From Candidatus Moraniibacteriota bacterium (GTDB lineage: Bacteria; Patescibacteriota; Minisyncoccia; Moranbacterales; UBA1568), in the NCBI GenBank assembly GCA_016699875.1, contig CP064989.1, forward strand, positions 456,788 to 520,787: DNA of 64,000 bases, read 5' to 3'. This document shows positions 38,397 through 46,295 of the stretch, one piece after another (positions within the stretch are counted from its first letter, which is position 1; every line of letters starts with the position of its first letter). The position numbers were made by a program, and so were the translations under genes. Below the pieces are notes generated by a model. The model was not told where the DNA came from. It was given only the letters and a program-made list of their open reading frames with translations, and did not search any database.

Positions 38397-38431
38397 AACG
38401 GGTGAGGTCGAAAGACCGCGCCCGTTTTTTG
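38397..38431 (+). terminator. Leader hairpin plus U-tract (attenuator-like) between promoter and sORF
   Basis: AACGGG-tga-GGTC-GAAA-GACC-gcg-CCCGTT followed by TTTTT, ~20 nt downstream of the predicted TSS and ~30 nt upstream of the sORF ATG. Confidence 0.5.
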
Positions 38432-38462
38432 TCTTCCGTCTTAATTCGTTAAGGTATGTCGT

Positions 38463-38642
38463 ATGGATGAAGAGATGAAGGAAGGTACGGAGGAATCCGC
38501 TTGCAACCATGAAGGCGGTTGCAACTGCGAAACACCCTCGACGTCCCAGAGCGGAGAGAGAGAAGAAATCGCACTCGCATTTCTTCTTGCCCTCATGCCA
38601 CTGGTTGTTCTCACCTTCTTCGGACAAGTCGGCCTCATATAA
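38463..38642 (+). CDS. sORF (59 aa): acidic Cys-motif N-terminus (CNHEGGCNC) plus C-terminal TM helix. Below the ORF-track size cutoff.
   Basis: ATG at 38463 with AAGG 7-8 nt upstream. MDEEMKEGTEESACNHEGGCNCETPSTSQSGEREEIALAFLLALMPLVVLTFFGQVGLI. Followed by a clean terminator at 38682..38707. Confidence 0.35.
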   Translation: MDEEMKEGTEESACNHEGGCNCETPSTSQSGEREEIALAFLLALMPLVVLTFFGQVGLI

Positions 38643-38681
38643 AATATAGCCGACTCTCCCCGAACTTTCCCCTTGCAAAAA

Positions 38682-38707
38682 ATCTCCCCGAAAGAGGAGA
38701 TTTTTTG
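38682..38707 (+). terminator. Intrinsic terminator after the sORF
   Basis: ATCTCC-ccgaaaga-GGAGAT followed by TTTTTT. Confidence 0.6.
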
Positions 38708-38825
38708 TTGAGACAATACATATCTCTTGGAATGCGTGCTAGACTATTTGGTAAGAAAAAGGCCTCACTCGTTTTATTGCAAGCAAGGCACATTTTTGAG
38801 ACAAACCTCAAGTAAGATGAGGTCA

Positions 38826-39404
38826 TTACCAGTGATATTGGATTGCTATTGCAGAATTGATTTCGCCACCATCGGAAAATGTCATACCCTGTATCGAGAT
38901 ATTCTCGCTAAGCGCATACTCAGCTCGAACGCCCGTGCCAAGAAACGCTTGATTAATCAACCCGAAATTCCATTCGGAATTGATGGCGTACGTCATCACT
39001 ACCTTGTGCCAACTATTGCCGGATTGCCCGACTTCGAAAATACCAAGAGCAAAAAACTTCTCTTTACTCAAAGCAACGTAACCAGCACGACGCAATGTCC
39101 ACGTATCTCCTGACCCAGGAACATGTTCAACGCCAGCAGCAATACCAAACTCAAAGGCGTTTACCCGAAAATGAGGTCCGGCATATATCTGCGCGTAACC
39201 ACCCTCAACCGCCTGTCCGAAAACATAATACCCGACAGCGCTATTCGATTGGCTCCATCCGGATACACCTCCCATAACCGATCTCGAGTAAACCCCTTTA
39301 GGATCCCGAGCTACGTCGAGCTCAAACCAACCTCCAGCAACGCACACCAATGGCAATAGCCACGAGGAAATTAGCGCAACCACCACGACAGTCTTTCGCT
39401 TCAT
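38826..39404 (-). CDS. Secreted beta-rich protein, possible small beta-barrel (signal peptide; alternating amphipathic strands; C-terminal ...IQYHW)
   Basis: Signal peptide MKRKTVVVVALISSWLLPLVCVAG, alternating hydrophobic patterns, aromatic C-terminus. Confidence 0.5.
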   Translation of the reverse strand: MKRKTVVVVALISSWLLPLVCVAGGWFELDVARDPKGVYSRSVMGGVSGWSQSNSAVGYYVFGQAVEGGYAQIYAGPHFRVNAFEFGIAAGVEHVPGSGDTWTLRRAGYVALSKEKFFALGIFEVGQSGNSWHKVVMTYAINSEWNFGLINQAFLGTGVRAEYALSENISIQGMTFSDGGEINSAIAIQYHW

Positions 39405-40129
39405 GAAATCCTACCTCCCGAGAAAATAATCAATGAAGTACCGTCAAACTCAGAGGGACATTGCCAACAAAGATTTCCAAGACCAGCGGATTGTGCAATC
39501 CTTTCCAAAGTTTCTTTCCGCCAATAATAGTTCTGGAAACTACATATCTCCCCACCATCCACCCCATAGAGCGTGGTATGAATTCTCGATCCATCAACCA
39601 TCGCACAATCAATCCACGTTGATACTGCCTGAACCTCCGGAATTGGATGCCCCGGATGAATCAGAACAGCCACAAACTGGACCGTATTCTCCAACTTTCC
39701 AACAGACACATTTAGCAGACTCTGGACATTCTGAAAAAACGTTCGAAGCTGATCTTCACTACTAGCGCATTGAATCACATTATATGCGGTCACAAAGCGA
39801 AAAATTCCGCGACACCATTGTTCAGGGATCTTCTCGAAAATATCCTGCTGAACGAAAGATAGGCCAGGAATCCTTCTCTCAACCCCAATACGAAGCATCT
39901 CTGCACTACCATCAAACCCAACAACAAGATTCACCTTTCCAGTATCAATCAACTCCTTACCAAAACGACCAGAACCACATCCAAAGTCAGCAACAACCGC
40001 AGAACAATCCGATAGAGAAGGGCTTCCCCCAACCATGCGCCCAACAACAGCGTACATCTTATTCCAGAGAGGCTGATCCTCCCTCTTCGGAGAAGAGAAC
40101 TGCTCTGCAATAACATCATACTCACCCAT
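39401..40129 (-). CDS. Class I SAM-dependent methyltransferase
   Basis: Motif I VADFGCGSGRFG. Acidic motif II region VGFDGS. ATGA overlap with the downstream gene. Confidence 0.8.
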   Translation of the reverse strand: MGEYDVIAEQFSSPKREDQPLWNKMYAVVGRMVGGSPSLSDCSAVVADFGCGSGRFGKELIDTGKVNLVVGFDGSAEMLRIGVERRIPGLSFVQQDIFEKIPEQWCRGIFRFVTAYNVIQCASSEDQLRTFFQNVQSLLNVSVGKLENTVQFVAVLIHPGHPIPEVQAVSTWIDCAMVDGSRIHTTLYGVDGGEICSFQNYYWRKETLERIAQSAGLGNLCWQCPSEFDGTSLIIFSGGRIS

Positions 40130-40235
40130 TTGTCTATATCCTCCTAAACATTTCGAGGTAAAGTCCGCTCTTGAGAGCTCTCAATACAATCACTGCAATT
40201 CTCAATCCATTGTTAATGAACATCCTCATTAAACA

Positions 40236-40285
40236 AGCTATACACAGTGAATCACAGAACTTGAGGCAAGTCAATACGCAGCTAA
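40236..40285. repeat. Direct repeat A (~45 bp, ~85% identical to 42046..42095), contains imperfect palindrome CAGTGAATCACAG
   Basis: Direct sequence comparison: atacacagtgaatcacagaacttgaggcaagtcaatacgcagcta versus atacgcagtgaatcacagaacttgaaacaaatcaatatgcactag. Confidence 0.7.
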
Positions 40286-40291
40286 GTACAT

Positions 40292-40789
40292 TCAATCTTC
40301 AAGTGCAACACCTGTTAATTCATAAAATACCTCATAAGGAGTCTTCCAGCCAAGGCGTTTTCTCGGTCTTGAATTGAGGAGATGCTCAACCCTTCGTATC
40401 TCCTCATCGGAGACGATACGAAAGTCCGTTTTCTTCGGGAAGAATCGTCGAATAAGTCCGTTGAGGTTTTCGTTCGATCCCCGTTCCCAGGAATGGTAGG
40501 CGTGAGCGAAGAAACAACGGATGTCGAGTTCCTTTTCAAGTTCCTCGTATCCGAGATTCTCGCTTCCACGATCACGAGTGAGGGTTTTTCGTACGTGTTT
40601 TGGCAGTATGCCGAGTCGTTTCCGAGTTATCCGATTCGCTTCTTTCATAGTCCGACTCTTCGTTCTCTCAATGAGTACTACTCCGGAAACCCGTTCGTTC
40701 GTAGTTCGAAGGCGGACAGGGTTCGTCGGGGAGGAAACAATGGAATCATCTTCCCAGTGACCAATCTCTTTCCGTGCTTCAACGGTCAT
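40292..40789 (-). pseudogene. IS30-family transposase remnant (C-terminal DDE catalytic half only)
   Basis: GHWEDDSIV (HWEGD-like), DRGSEN, HAYHSWERGSNENLNGLIRRFFPKKTDF (IS30 C-terminal signature). Only ~165 aa, N-terminal HTH half missing. Followed by an AT-rich junk region at 40800..40960. Confidence 0.7.
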
Positions 40790-41003
40790 CGGTCTGGATT
40801 CTATGGATGGAAGCGGGCCTAGATGTAAAATATGAAAAGCATTTTATTGTATTGCATACAGCAGTTCAAAATGAAATTTTGAACATATGTAAAAAGAGAA
40901 AGGAGCTATCCACGATGTGTTGTGAATAGCCCCGATTTTTCGATCCGCTGTCGGCGGAATTCAAGGGATCAAAATCCCCAAGAATTCAAGATTTCGGGGT
41001 CGA

Positions 41004-41897
41004 CTACTGCACAAGGAAGCCAGACACCGAACCGAAGCCACGGCAAGGAAAAACAACGGCATTTGCATCAAACCTAACCTCACCACCGTCAAAGTCGAGA
41101 CAGGGACACCCGGGAAAGTCACCATTAGCATTTGGAGAGAACTCGTCACCGGAGCAGTTCATATTCAGTTCTGCCCAGCGAGCAAGCCGTTCGGGATGAG
41201 TCAGAACAATGGAACAGACCGCGAGACTTCCGAGATCAAACTCGTTGGCTGCGAAGACCTTGCGAGCCCGACGAACGGACTTGCCGCGATGGCGCATGCC
41301 GAGCTGGGCGGCGACGATCAGGATGTCGCCCTTCTGCGTTTCGGTGAGAGACGCCAGCGCGTGCGCCGTGCGAGCATGAACCCGAAACTGCGCCGGCGTG
41401 ATCTGTCCATCGCGGTAGTTGTAGAACGGCCGGGAGGCCGCGATCTTGGCATGGACGAGCTGGACCGCCTGGCAGCACATCTCCGCCGGATCGGTCACTT
41501 TAGGGAAATGCTTCTTGGCCAGCGCTTCAACGGACGGGATGGCAAACCATCCTTCGGCACTGTCAGGGAGTGCAGGTAAGTTATTGGCGAACTCGAGAGC
41601 GCTCGCCGGATCGAGATCGAAGATCTTGGCGATTACATTAATCTGATCCGCGATCAGCTCGGGTCCTTTGTATGCCTCCGGGTACGTGTAGCTGGAATAA
41701 AGTTCCTCGTCGGCGTACTGGTTGGACATGGTCAGCTCAGTGATGAGCTTCGCGATCCCGTCCTGCAGTTCGCCACCGCGCTCGTTAAGCCGCTGTGCGC
41801 GCACATCGTCGAGCTCGGACTTGTCGTAGGCGGCCTTGAAGAGACCGACTGCGTGGAGACCTTTCGAGTCTCGGCTGGTGATCAATGTCTGTGACAT
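41004..41897 (-). CDS. Hypothetical protein, compositionally foreign (GC clearly higher than surroundings); Cys-rich C-terminus (CSGDEF...GCPCLDFDGGE...FPCRGFG)
   Basis: ORF track frame. Start refined to MSQTLITS with AAGGAGG RBS. Local GC ~60% against a ~50% background. Confidence 0.5.
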   Translation of the reverse strand: MSQTLITSRDSKGLHAVGLFKAAYDKSELDDVRAQRLNERGGELQDGIAKLITELTMSNQYADEELYSSYTYPEAYKGPELIADQINVIAKIFDLDPASALEFANNLPALPDSAEGWFAIPSVEALAKKHFPKVTDPAEMCCQAVQLVHAKIAASRPFYNYRDGQITPAQFRVHARTAHALASLTETQKGDILIVAAQLGMRHRGKSVRRARKVFAANEFDLGSLAVCSIVLTHPERLARWAELNMNCSGDEFSPNANGDFPGCPCLDFDGGEVRFDANAVVFPCRGFGSVSGFLVQ

Positions 41898-41957
41898 CGT
41901 CATCCTCCTTCTTTCTTTAAGTTTGCCGGGGTCGTTCCGGCTAACGACTTCCTCTGC

Positions 41958-42011
41958 ATGAGGTAGCGCGCTAGGCATAAAAACTGTCTTACGCCCAATG
42001 CGCTACCTCAT
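41958..42011. promoter_or_regulatory. 12-bp perfect inverted repeat (ATGAGGTAGCGC ... GCGCTACCTCAT, 30-nt spacer) upstream of the GC-rich gene
   Basis: Read directly. Located 60-110 nt upstream of start 41897 on the minus strand. Confidence 0.4.
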
Positions 42012-42045
42012 AGATAAATCGTTTCAAAGAACTCGCTTCAAAAGA

Positions 42046-42095
42046 GCACCATACGCAGTGAATCACAGAACTTGAAACAAATCAATATGCACTAG
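42046..42095. repeat. Direct repeat B (partner of 40236..40285)
   Basis: See repeat A. Confidence 0.7.
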
Positions 42096-42160
42096 CAGCA
42101 CTCACAAACATAAAGAGGGACGAATGTCCCTCTGAAAATCCAAAATATTTTGGAACAAGA

Positions 42161-43867
42161 TTACTGCCCCGATTCTCCATTTGTTTCACTGACTGGCAAT
42201 TCATTTGACGACGCTACTACCCGCACCTCAATGTTCTTCGACTCCTCACCAAACCATTCCTGCCCTTCACGAAGCATGCGCCACTGAAAATCATAGGTGC
42301 CGGGTTTTTCCGGTGCAGTCACCGTGAATCCAAATTCAACCTTCTTCCCCGGTTCGATAGTCTTCCCCGAAAAGAGGAAGACCCGCCCGCCCCACATCGC
42401 ATTGTCCTGTGGATTTTGCGAACCAAGCCGATAACCAAGATCGTCTGACCATGTGGTTGTACCCGTATTTTTCATAGTTACTGACACGGAATATTTCTGC
42501 CCAGCAATCATCGTATCAGGCACATCTTGATCATCAAACTTGGCGTCATCTTCCTCCTCTTTCTTGCCATTTTCCGAAATGGAAATACCTTTCATTTGTA
42601 CCGAGTCTTGAATTGATACAGCATTCTTCATATCAATACCCTCGAAAGGAACCGCCCGCAGAAGCGTATTCATAACATCCTCATCTTTGCACGAATATCG
42701 ATTGTCCGGAGAATAAAAACTTTTCTTGGCACCATAACAACCGCCGTTCTTGTCATACAGCGTCGCAAGAAATGGGAAAAGGAATCCTGTCTTCTTCGTA
42801 GCATCGTTGAACTTCTCAGCAAGCTTCTCGAGAGTCTTGGCTCGATCATCTCGACTCATAGCGGCAAACACACTCATATCATCTCCGGCAATACCACTCC
42901 AGTCGAGGTGGAGAAGCACCATATTTGCATGGGGAAGGTACCGATTATTCCAGAGAAGCGCCCAGCACCATCCCTGCGATTCGTATCGGGAAGCGCACGG
43001 CTTTTCTTCAACATCGCCATCTTTGGTGACGCCGACTCCGCCCTCGATATAATCGAAGAGGTCGAGATACGAAGCGCTGGTGATGGTATTCGTCTGAGCA
43101 CCAATGGCAATCTTCATGCGCTTCGATCGAGCATAGCGATGCATCTCTTCAAGAATACCGGAAGCATTGCTTCGATCAACATCCTGGAAAGCTATCTGTC
43201 CGAAGAGAAAACTTCGGATTCCCATATCCATCGCCTTCTGCGTAATATCACGCACATAGGCGCGGTATTCTTTGCTCGCAAAAGAGGCTTTGCACGTATT
43301 ATTTCCCCAAAATCCCTCGCTCTTCGGCTGACACATATCTGAAAAATTGAGCACGCGATTCTCAAGAGAAGAGTAGTATTCCGCCTCCGTATTGAGTGCT
43401 TCGGATATGAACATGCCATACACCATATCTGGTTTGGTGATGAGCTGTTTTGTCCGACGAGCAAGCTCGAAATCGGGAGGATTGAGCCACGATTCAAGTG
43501 CGCGATGAAGGTAGAGGCACTCGGAGCGATTGATCAGATCGACAGATGCTCGAGTATCACCGCCATATCCGGAAAGAAGCCCATCGGCTACGCAGCCGCG
43601 GCGCTTCATAATCTCAAGCAAATCGGCAGGGCGATTCACGCTCGCACTCGATTCCGTTTCGATATCAAGAGAGACAATCCAAATCAGACTCACTACGGTA
43701 CCCGCGATAAACGCCAAGAGAAGAGCTCCTTTCCACGTCTTCACGCGAGTTCTCTTCATAGAAACATACGTTCGTCCCCACCAACTGTGGATTTCCCGAA
43801 CGACCGTATCGATTTCACGAATTTTCGGCTTCCGATTCTCTTCGGAAAAACGAGGTATTTGATCCAT
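42161..43867 (-). CDS. Membrane-anchored extracytoplasmic protein with glycoside-hydrolase-like TIM-barrel-type central region and C-terminal NBR1-like Ig domain
   Basis: N-terminal TM (ALLLAFIAGTVVSLIWIV). C-terminal KYSVSVTMKNTGTTTW...GKKVEFGFTVTAPEKPGTYDFQWRM matches the NBR1-like/CARDB-like fold pattern. Start refined to MDQIPRF with GGAGG RBS. A terminator hairpin AGAGGGAC-gaat-GTCCCTCT sits 3' of the stop. Confidence 0.5.
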   Translation of the reverse strand: MDQIPRFSEENRKPKIREIDTVVREIHSWWGRTYVSMKRTRVKTWKGALLLAFIAGTVVSLIWIVSLDIETESSASVNRPADLLEIMKRRGCVADGLLSGYGGDTRASVDLINRSECLYLHRALESWLNPPDFELARRTKQLITKPDMVYGMFISEALNTEAEYYSSLENRVLNFSDMCQPKSEGFWGNNTCKASFASKEYRAYVRDITQKAMDMGIRSFLFGQIAFQDVDRSNASGILEEMHRYARSKRMKIAIGAQTNTITSASYLDLFDYIEGGVGVTKDGDVEEKPCASRYESQGWCWALLWNNRYLPHANMVLLHLDWSGIAGDDMSVFAAMSRDDRAKTLEKLAEKFNDATKKTGFLFPFLATLYDKNGGCYGAKKSFYSPDNRYSCKDEDVMNTLLRAVPFEGIDMKNAVSIQDSVQMKGISISENGKKEEEDDAKFDDQDVPDTMIAGQKYSVSVTMKNTGTTTWSDDLGYRLGSQNPQDNAMWGGRVFLFSGKTIEPGKKVEFGFTVTAPEKPGTYDFQWRMLREGQEWFGEESKNIEVRVVASSNELPVSETNGESGQ

Positions 43868-43962
43868 AGAATATGCCTCCACTATACCAAAAAAATCCTT
43901 CCGGTGGAAAGATTTCTTTGCAGAGAAGCACGCACCTCGAGAGCACAGAAACAATCCATGCG

Positions 43963-44514
43963 CTACCTCGAGAACTTCCCAGCATAGTACGAAACATCAG
44001 AAACCCACTTTTCCTCAGACGCATCAAGCGGCGAACTCAGAAACCCTCGCTTCCACACAATCAACTCCCGAGGCGTATCAAGTCCTTGATCCGCAATGAG
44101 TGTCCGCAGCCTCAAGCCCACCACGGAAACCGCTTCCTGTGGCGATGAGAAACAGCTATATCCGGAATCCGTTGCATTCTCCGGTCCGCGATATCCCCAA
44201 TAATTAAAGCAGTCTCGTCCGTCCTTCCATGGCGCATTCACTCCCCAATTACTCTCTTTTTTTGCAATAGCAACGAGGAAAACGGCAACCTTGCGATCCT
44301 GTTCCAGGAGAGACGGAACCATCCTCCGCATCGGATATCCGAAAACCAAAGCCCGTAGTTTGAGTTCAAAGAAACTTTTCGGAAAACGCATGCTGGCAAC
44401 CTCGTCGGAAACCTGCTTGCCAAATGACACCAGAAACACCGCCACGCCGAGCGACAAGAAAAGAATCACTGCCAAAAAAATATGCCCTTGATCAGAGTGT
44501 CGGAAAAATGTCAT
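43963..44514 (-). CDS. Membrane-anchored hypothetical protein, possible lysozyme-like/transglycosylase-like (RPF-like) domain
   Basis: TM anchor. AKKESNWGVNAPW...NYWGYRG is loosely similar to the ESGGNW...GYYGGLQF transglycosylase-like pattern. Weak. Confidence 0.4.
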   Translation of the reverse strand: MTFFRHSDQGHIFLAVILFLSLGVAVFLVSFGKQVSDEVASMRFPKSFFELKLRALVFGYPMRRMVPSLLEQDRKVAVFLVAIAKKESNWGVNAPWKDGRDCFNYWGYRGPENATDSGYSCFSSPQEAVSVVGLRLRTLIADQGLDTPRELIVWKRGFLSSPLDASEEKWVSDVSYYAGKFSR

Positions 44515-44614
44515 CGAGAAGCGAGGTTTTATTTTTGGCACACGAGGTCTACAAAAAATAACGCCGCCTCTGCAGAACGGAGGGCTTCACCACAAAAAGA
44601 ACTCCGCGAAAACA

Positions 44615-44688
44615 TGGAGCGAGAGACGGGAATCGAACCCGCATATCTAGCTTGGAAGGCTAGCGTACTACCACTGTACTACTCTCGC
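44615..44688 (-). tRNA. tRNA-Gly (anticodon UCC) with encoded CCA
   Basis: Hand-folded: acceptor GCGAGAG/CUCUCGC, D-arm GUAC-AGUGGUA-GUAC, anticodon stem CUAGC/GCUAG with loop CUUCCAA, T-arm GCGGG-UUCGAUU-CCCGU, discriminator U, CCA. 74 nt. Confidence 0.85.
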
Positions 44689-44829
44689 ATATTTAACCAA
44701 TCAAAGCCCGACATTCCATCCCAAACAGAGACAAGTACCTCCCCATATCTCTTACCTGTCAATTCCTCATCCGAACTGTGCCGACAGTATATCGTCTGAC
44801 AAACCGTATTGTAAAGACCTTCCGCAGAA

Positions 44830-45546
44830 CTACAGACCGACAAACGGATCCTGTTTGGTGTCCTTCTTCTCGATACCATACCCGGCAAGTAGCGTCTCCA
44901 TCGCCTTCGTAAAGCTCGGCGTACCTACCAGGTAATAGATCGGGGCGCTTACCTCCGGAAGATATTTTTTGAGCATATCATCGCAAATGAATCCACGATC
45001 GGCATCCCACACACAAACCGACCGATCCGTCTCCGTCATGGTGAATACGGGGTGATACTGAATATTCGGAAACGTTTTCAATTCATCAAGAAATGGGGTA
45101 TCCTCAGGGCGATAATTCGAATAAAAAAGGAAAAATTCACGCGAATCGCCATCGTGGTTCGCCTGCCGCAAAATACTGCGTGCCGGCGTAATACCGATAC
45201 CGCCAACAAGAAAAGCAATCGGCCGCGAATCACCAGGAAGAAGTGTGAAATGCCCAATCGGGGCGCCGACCAGCATTTCGTCACCCGGGACAAGCTGAGC
45301 GATTGTTTGCTTGTATCCACTCTCAGATACCCGCATAGCAAAGAGGAGATGATCTTCATAGGGTGCCGACGCAATTGACATACAGCGATTCGCACCCCGC
45401 GAATCCTCCGCTGCCAGTTTTGGAACCGAAAGCACGCTGTATTGCCCCGCTTCAAACGAAAACCCTGCCGGCTTCTCAAGCTTTATCGCAAGCGTTTTCT
45501 CTGCAATTTCCGAAATTTCGAGCACCTTTGTTGAAAATGTTTGCAT
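44830..45546 (-). CDS. FNR-like FAD/NAD(P)-binding oxidoreductase (ferredoxin-NADP reductase family, no Fe-S domain)
   Basis: FAD-binding RxYS-like (RCMSIAS), GAPIGHF, NAD-binding FLVGGIGITP. Start refined to MQTFSTKV at 45546, because the longer ORF-track frame would overlap tRNA-Pro. Confidence 0.7.
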   Translation of the reverse strand: MQTFSTKVLEISEIAEKTLAIKLEKPAGFSFEAGQYSVLSVPKLAAEDSRGANRCMSIASAPYEDHLLFAMRVSESGYKQTIAQLVPGDEMLVGAPIGHFTLLPGDSRPIAFLVGGIGITPARSILRQANHDGDSREFFLFYSNYRPEDTPFLDELKTFPNIQYHPVFTMTETDRSVCVWDADRGFICDDMLKKYLPEVSAPIYYLVGTPSFTKAMETLLAGYGIEKKDTKQDPFVGL

Positions 45547-45581
45547 ATTTCCGAACCAACAAGTAACACATCTTTTCTCTG

Positions 45582-45652
45582 TCGGGCCGCTGGGAATCGA
45601 ACCCAGTCTACATGCTCCCAAAGCACGCGTACTACCGGTATACGACGGCCCG
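45582..45652 (-). tRNA. tRNA-Pro (anticodon UGG), no encoded CCA
   Basis: Hand-folded: acceptor CGGGCCG/CGGCCCG, anticodon stem CGUGC/GCAUG with loop UUUGGGA (G37), T-arm ...GGGUUCGAUUCCC..., discriminator A. 71 nt. Confidence 0.8.
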
Positions 45653-45698
45653 AACCTTCCTATCACCTCTCCGACTTTTCCAGAGTACCAGCGAGTCC

Positions 45699-45728
45699 GA
45701 AAAAGCACAAATCCCCCGGAAGGGGGAC
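45699..45728 (-). terminator. Intrinsic terminator after HU
   Basis: TCCCCC-ggaa-GGGGGA hairpin with an A-rich tract on the plus strand (U-tract on minus) 3' of the HU stop. Confidence 0.55.
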
Positions 45729-45753
45729 TGTATGCTTCTATCTTTTGTTTTGT

Positions 45754-46038
45754 CTACTTCACAGCATCCTTCAGAGTCTTTCCAGCGGTAAATTTGGGAA
45801 CCGTCATTGCCGGGATATTGATCTTCGCTTTGGTTTGCGGGTTAATACCCACGCGAGCGGCGCGCTTTGAAACGCGGAATGTTCCGAAGCCCGTAACCGT
45901 CACCTTGTTTCCAGCACGCAATTCCGCTGTTACCACATCCACAAACGCCTCGATCACCGCGCTCACATCTCTTTTTGAAAGATCCGTCTTCTCGACAATC
46001 GCATGCGTCAGCATATCTTTGTTAATATTCTTCGCCAT
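45754..46038 (-). CDS. hup: HU-family DNA-binding protein
   Basis: MAKNINKDMLTHAIVEKTDLSKRDVSAVIEAFVDVV...TVTGFGTFRVSKRAARVGINPQTKAKINIPAMTVPKFTAGKTLKDAV is a canonical HU/IHF fold sequence. Confidence 0.85.
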   Translation of the reverse strand: MAKNINKDMLTHAIVEKTDLSKRDVSAVIEAFVDVVTAELRAGNKVTVTGFGTFRVSKRAARVGINPQTKAKINIPAMTVPKFTAGKTLKDAVK

Positions 46039-46295
46039 AGTCTCCACCTGCCTTTCTAGATTGTCCGCAAACGAAAAAAGTTCTTTCGTTCTCTTTTCGC
46101 TCAGGGTTTCGTTTTATGCCCCATCATTCTAGCCCTTCCCAAAAAAGAAAGCAAATGCGCGAAATTTTTTATCTGTTCAAGATACATCTTCAAACATCGT
46201 TCAGAAATATTAGGAGCAACAGTAAACCGCAGAGAGTCGCACATCGTCAAGTACCGAAGTTCAGACAAAGAAACCCGTTCGGCAAGAGCATTGTG

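Noticed and set aside
38376-38678. Minus-strand 100 aa ORF and neighbouring small ORFs in the PBP1A upstream region
   Set aside because: They overlap the promoter/hairpin/sORF/terminator organisation on the plus strand, which has coherent signals. The minus-strand frames lack RBS and motifs.
44830-45708. Long N-terminal extension of the FNR-like gene as given in the ORF track
   Set aside because: The extension would overlap the hand-folded tRNA-Pro (45582..45652). The internal start MQTFSTKV at 45546 avoids it.
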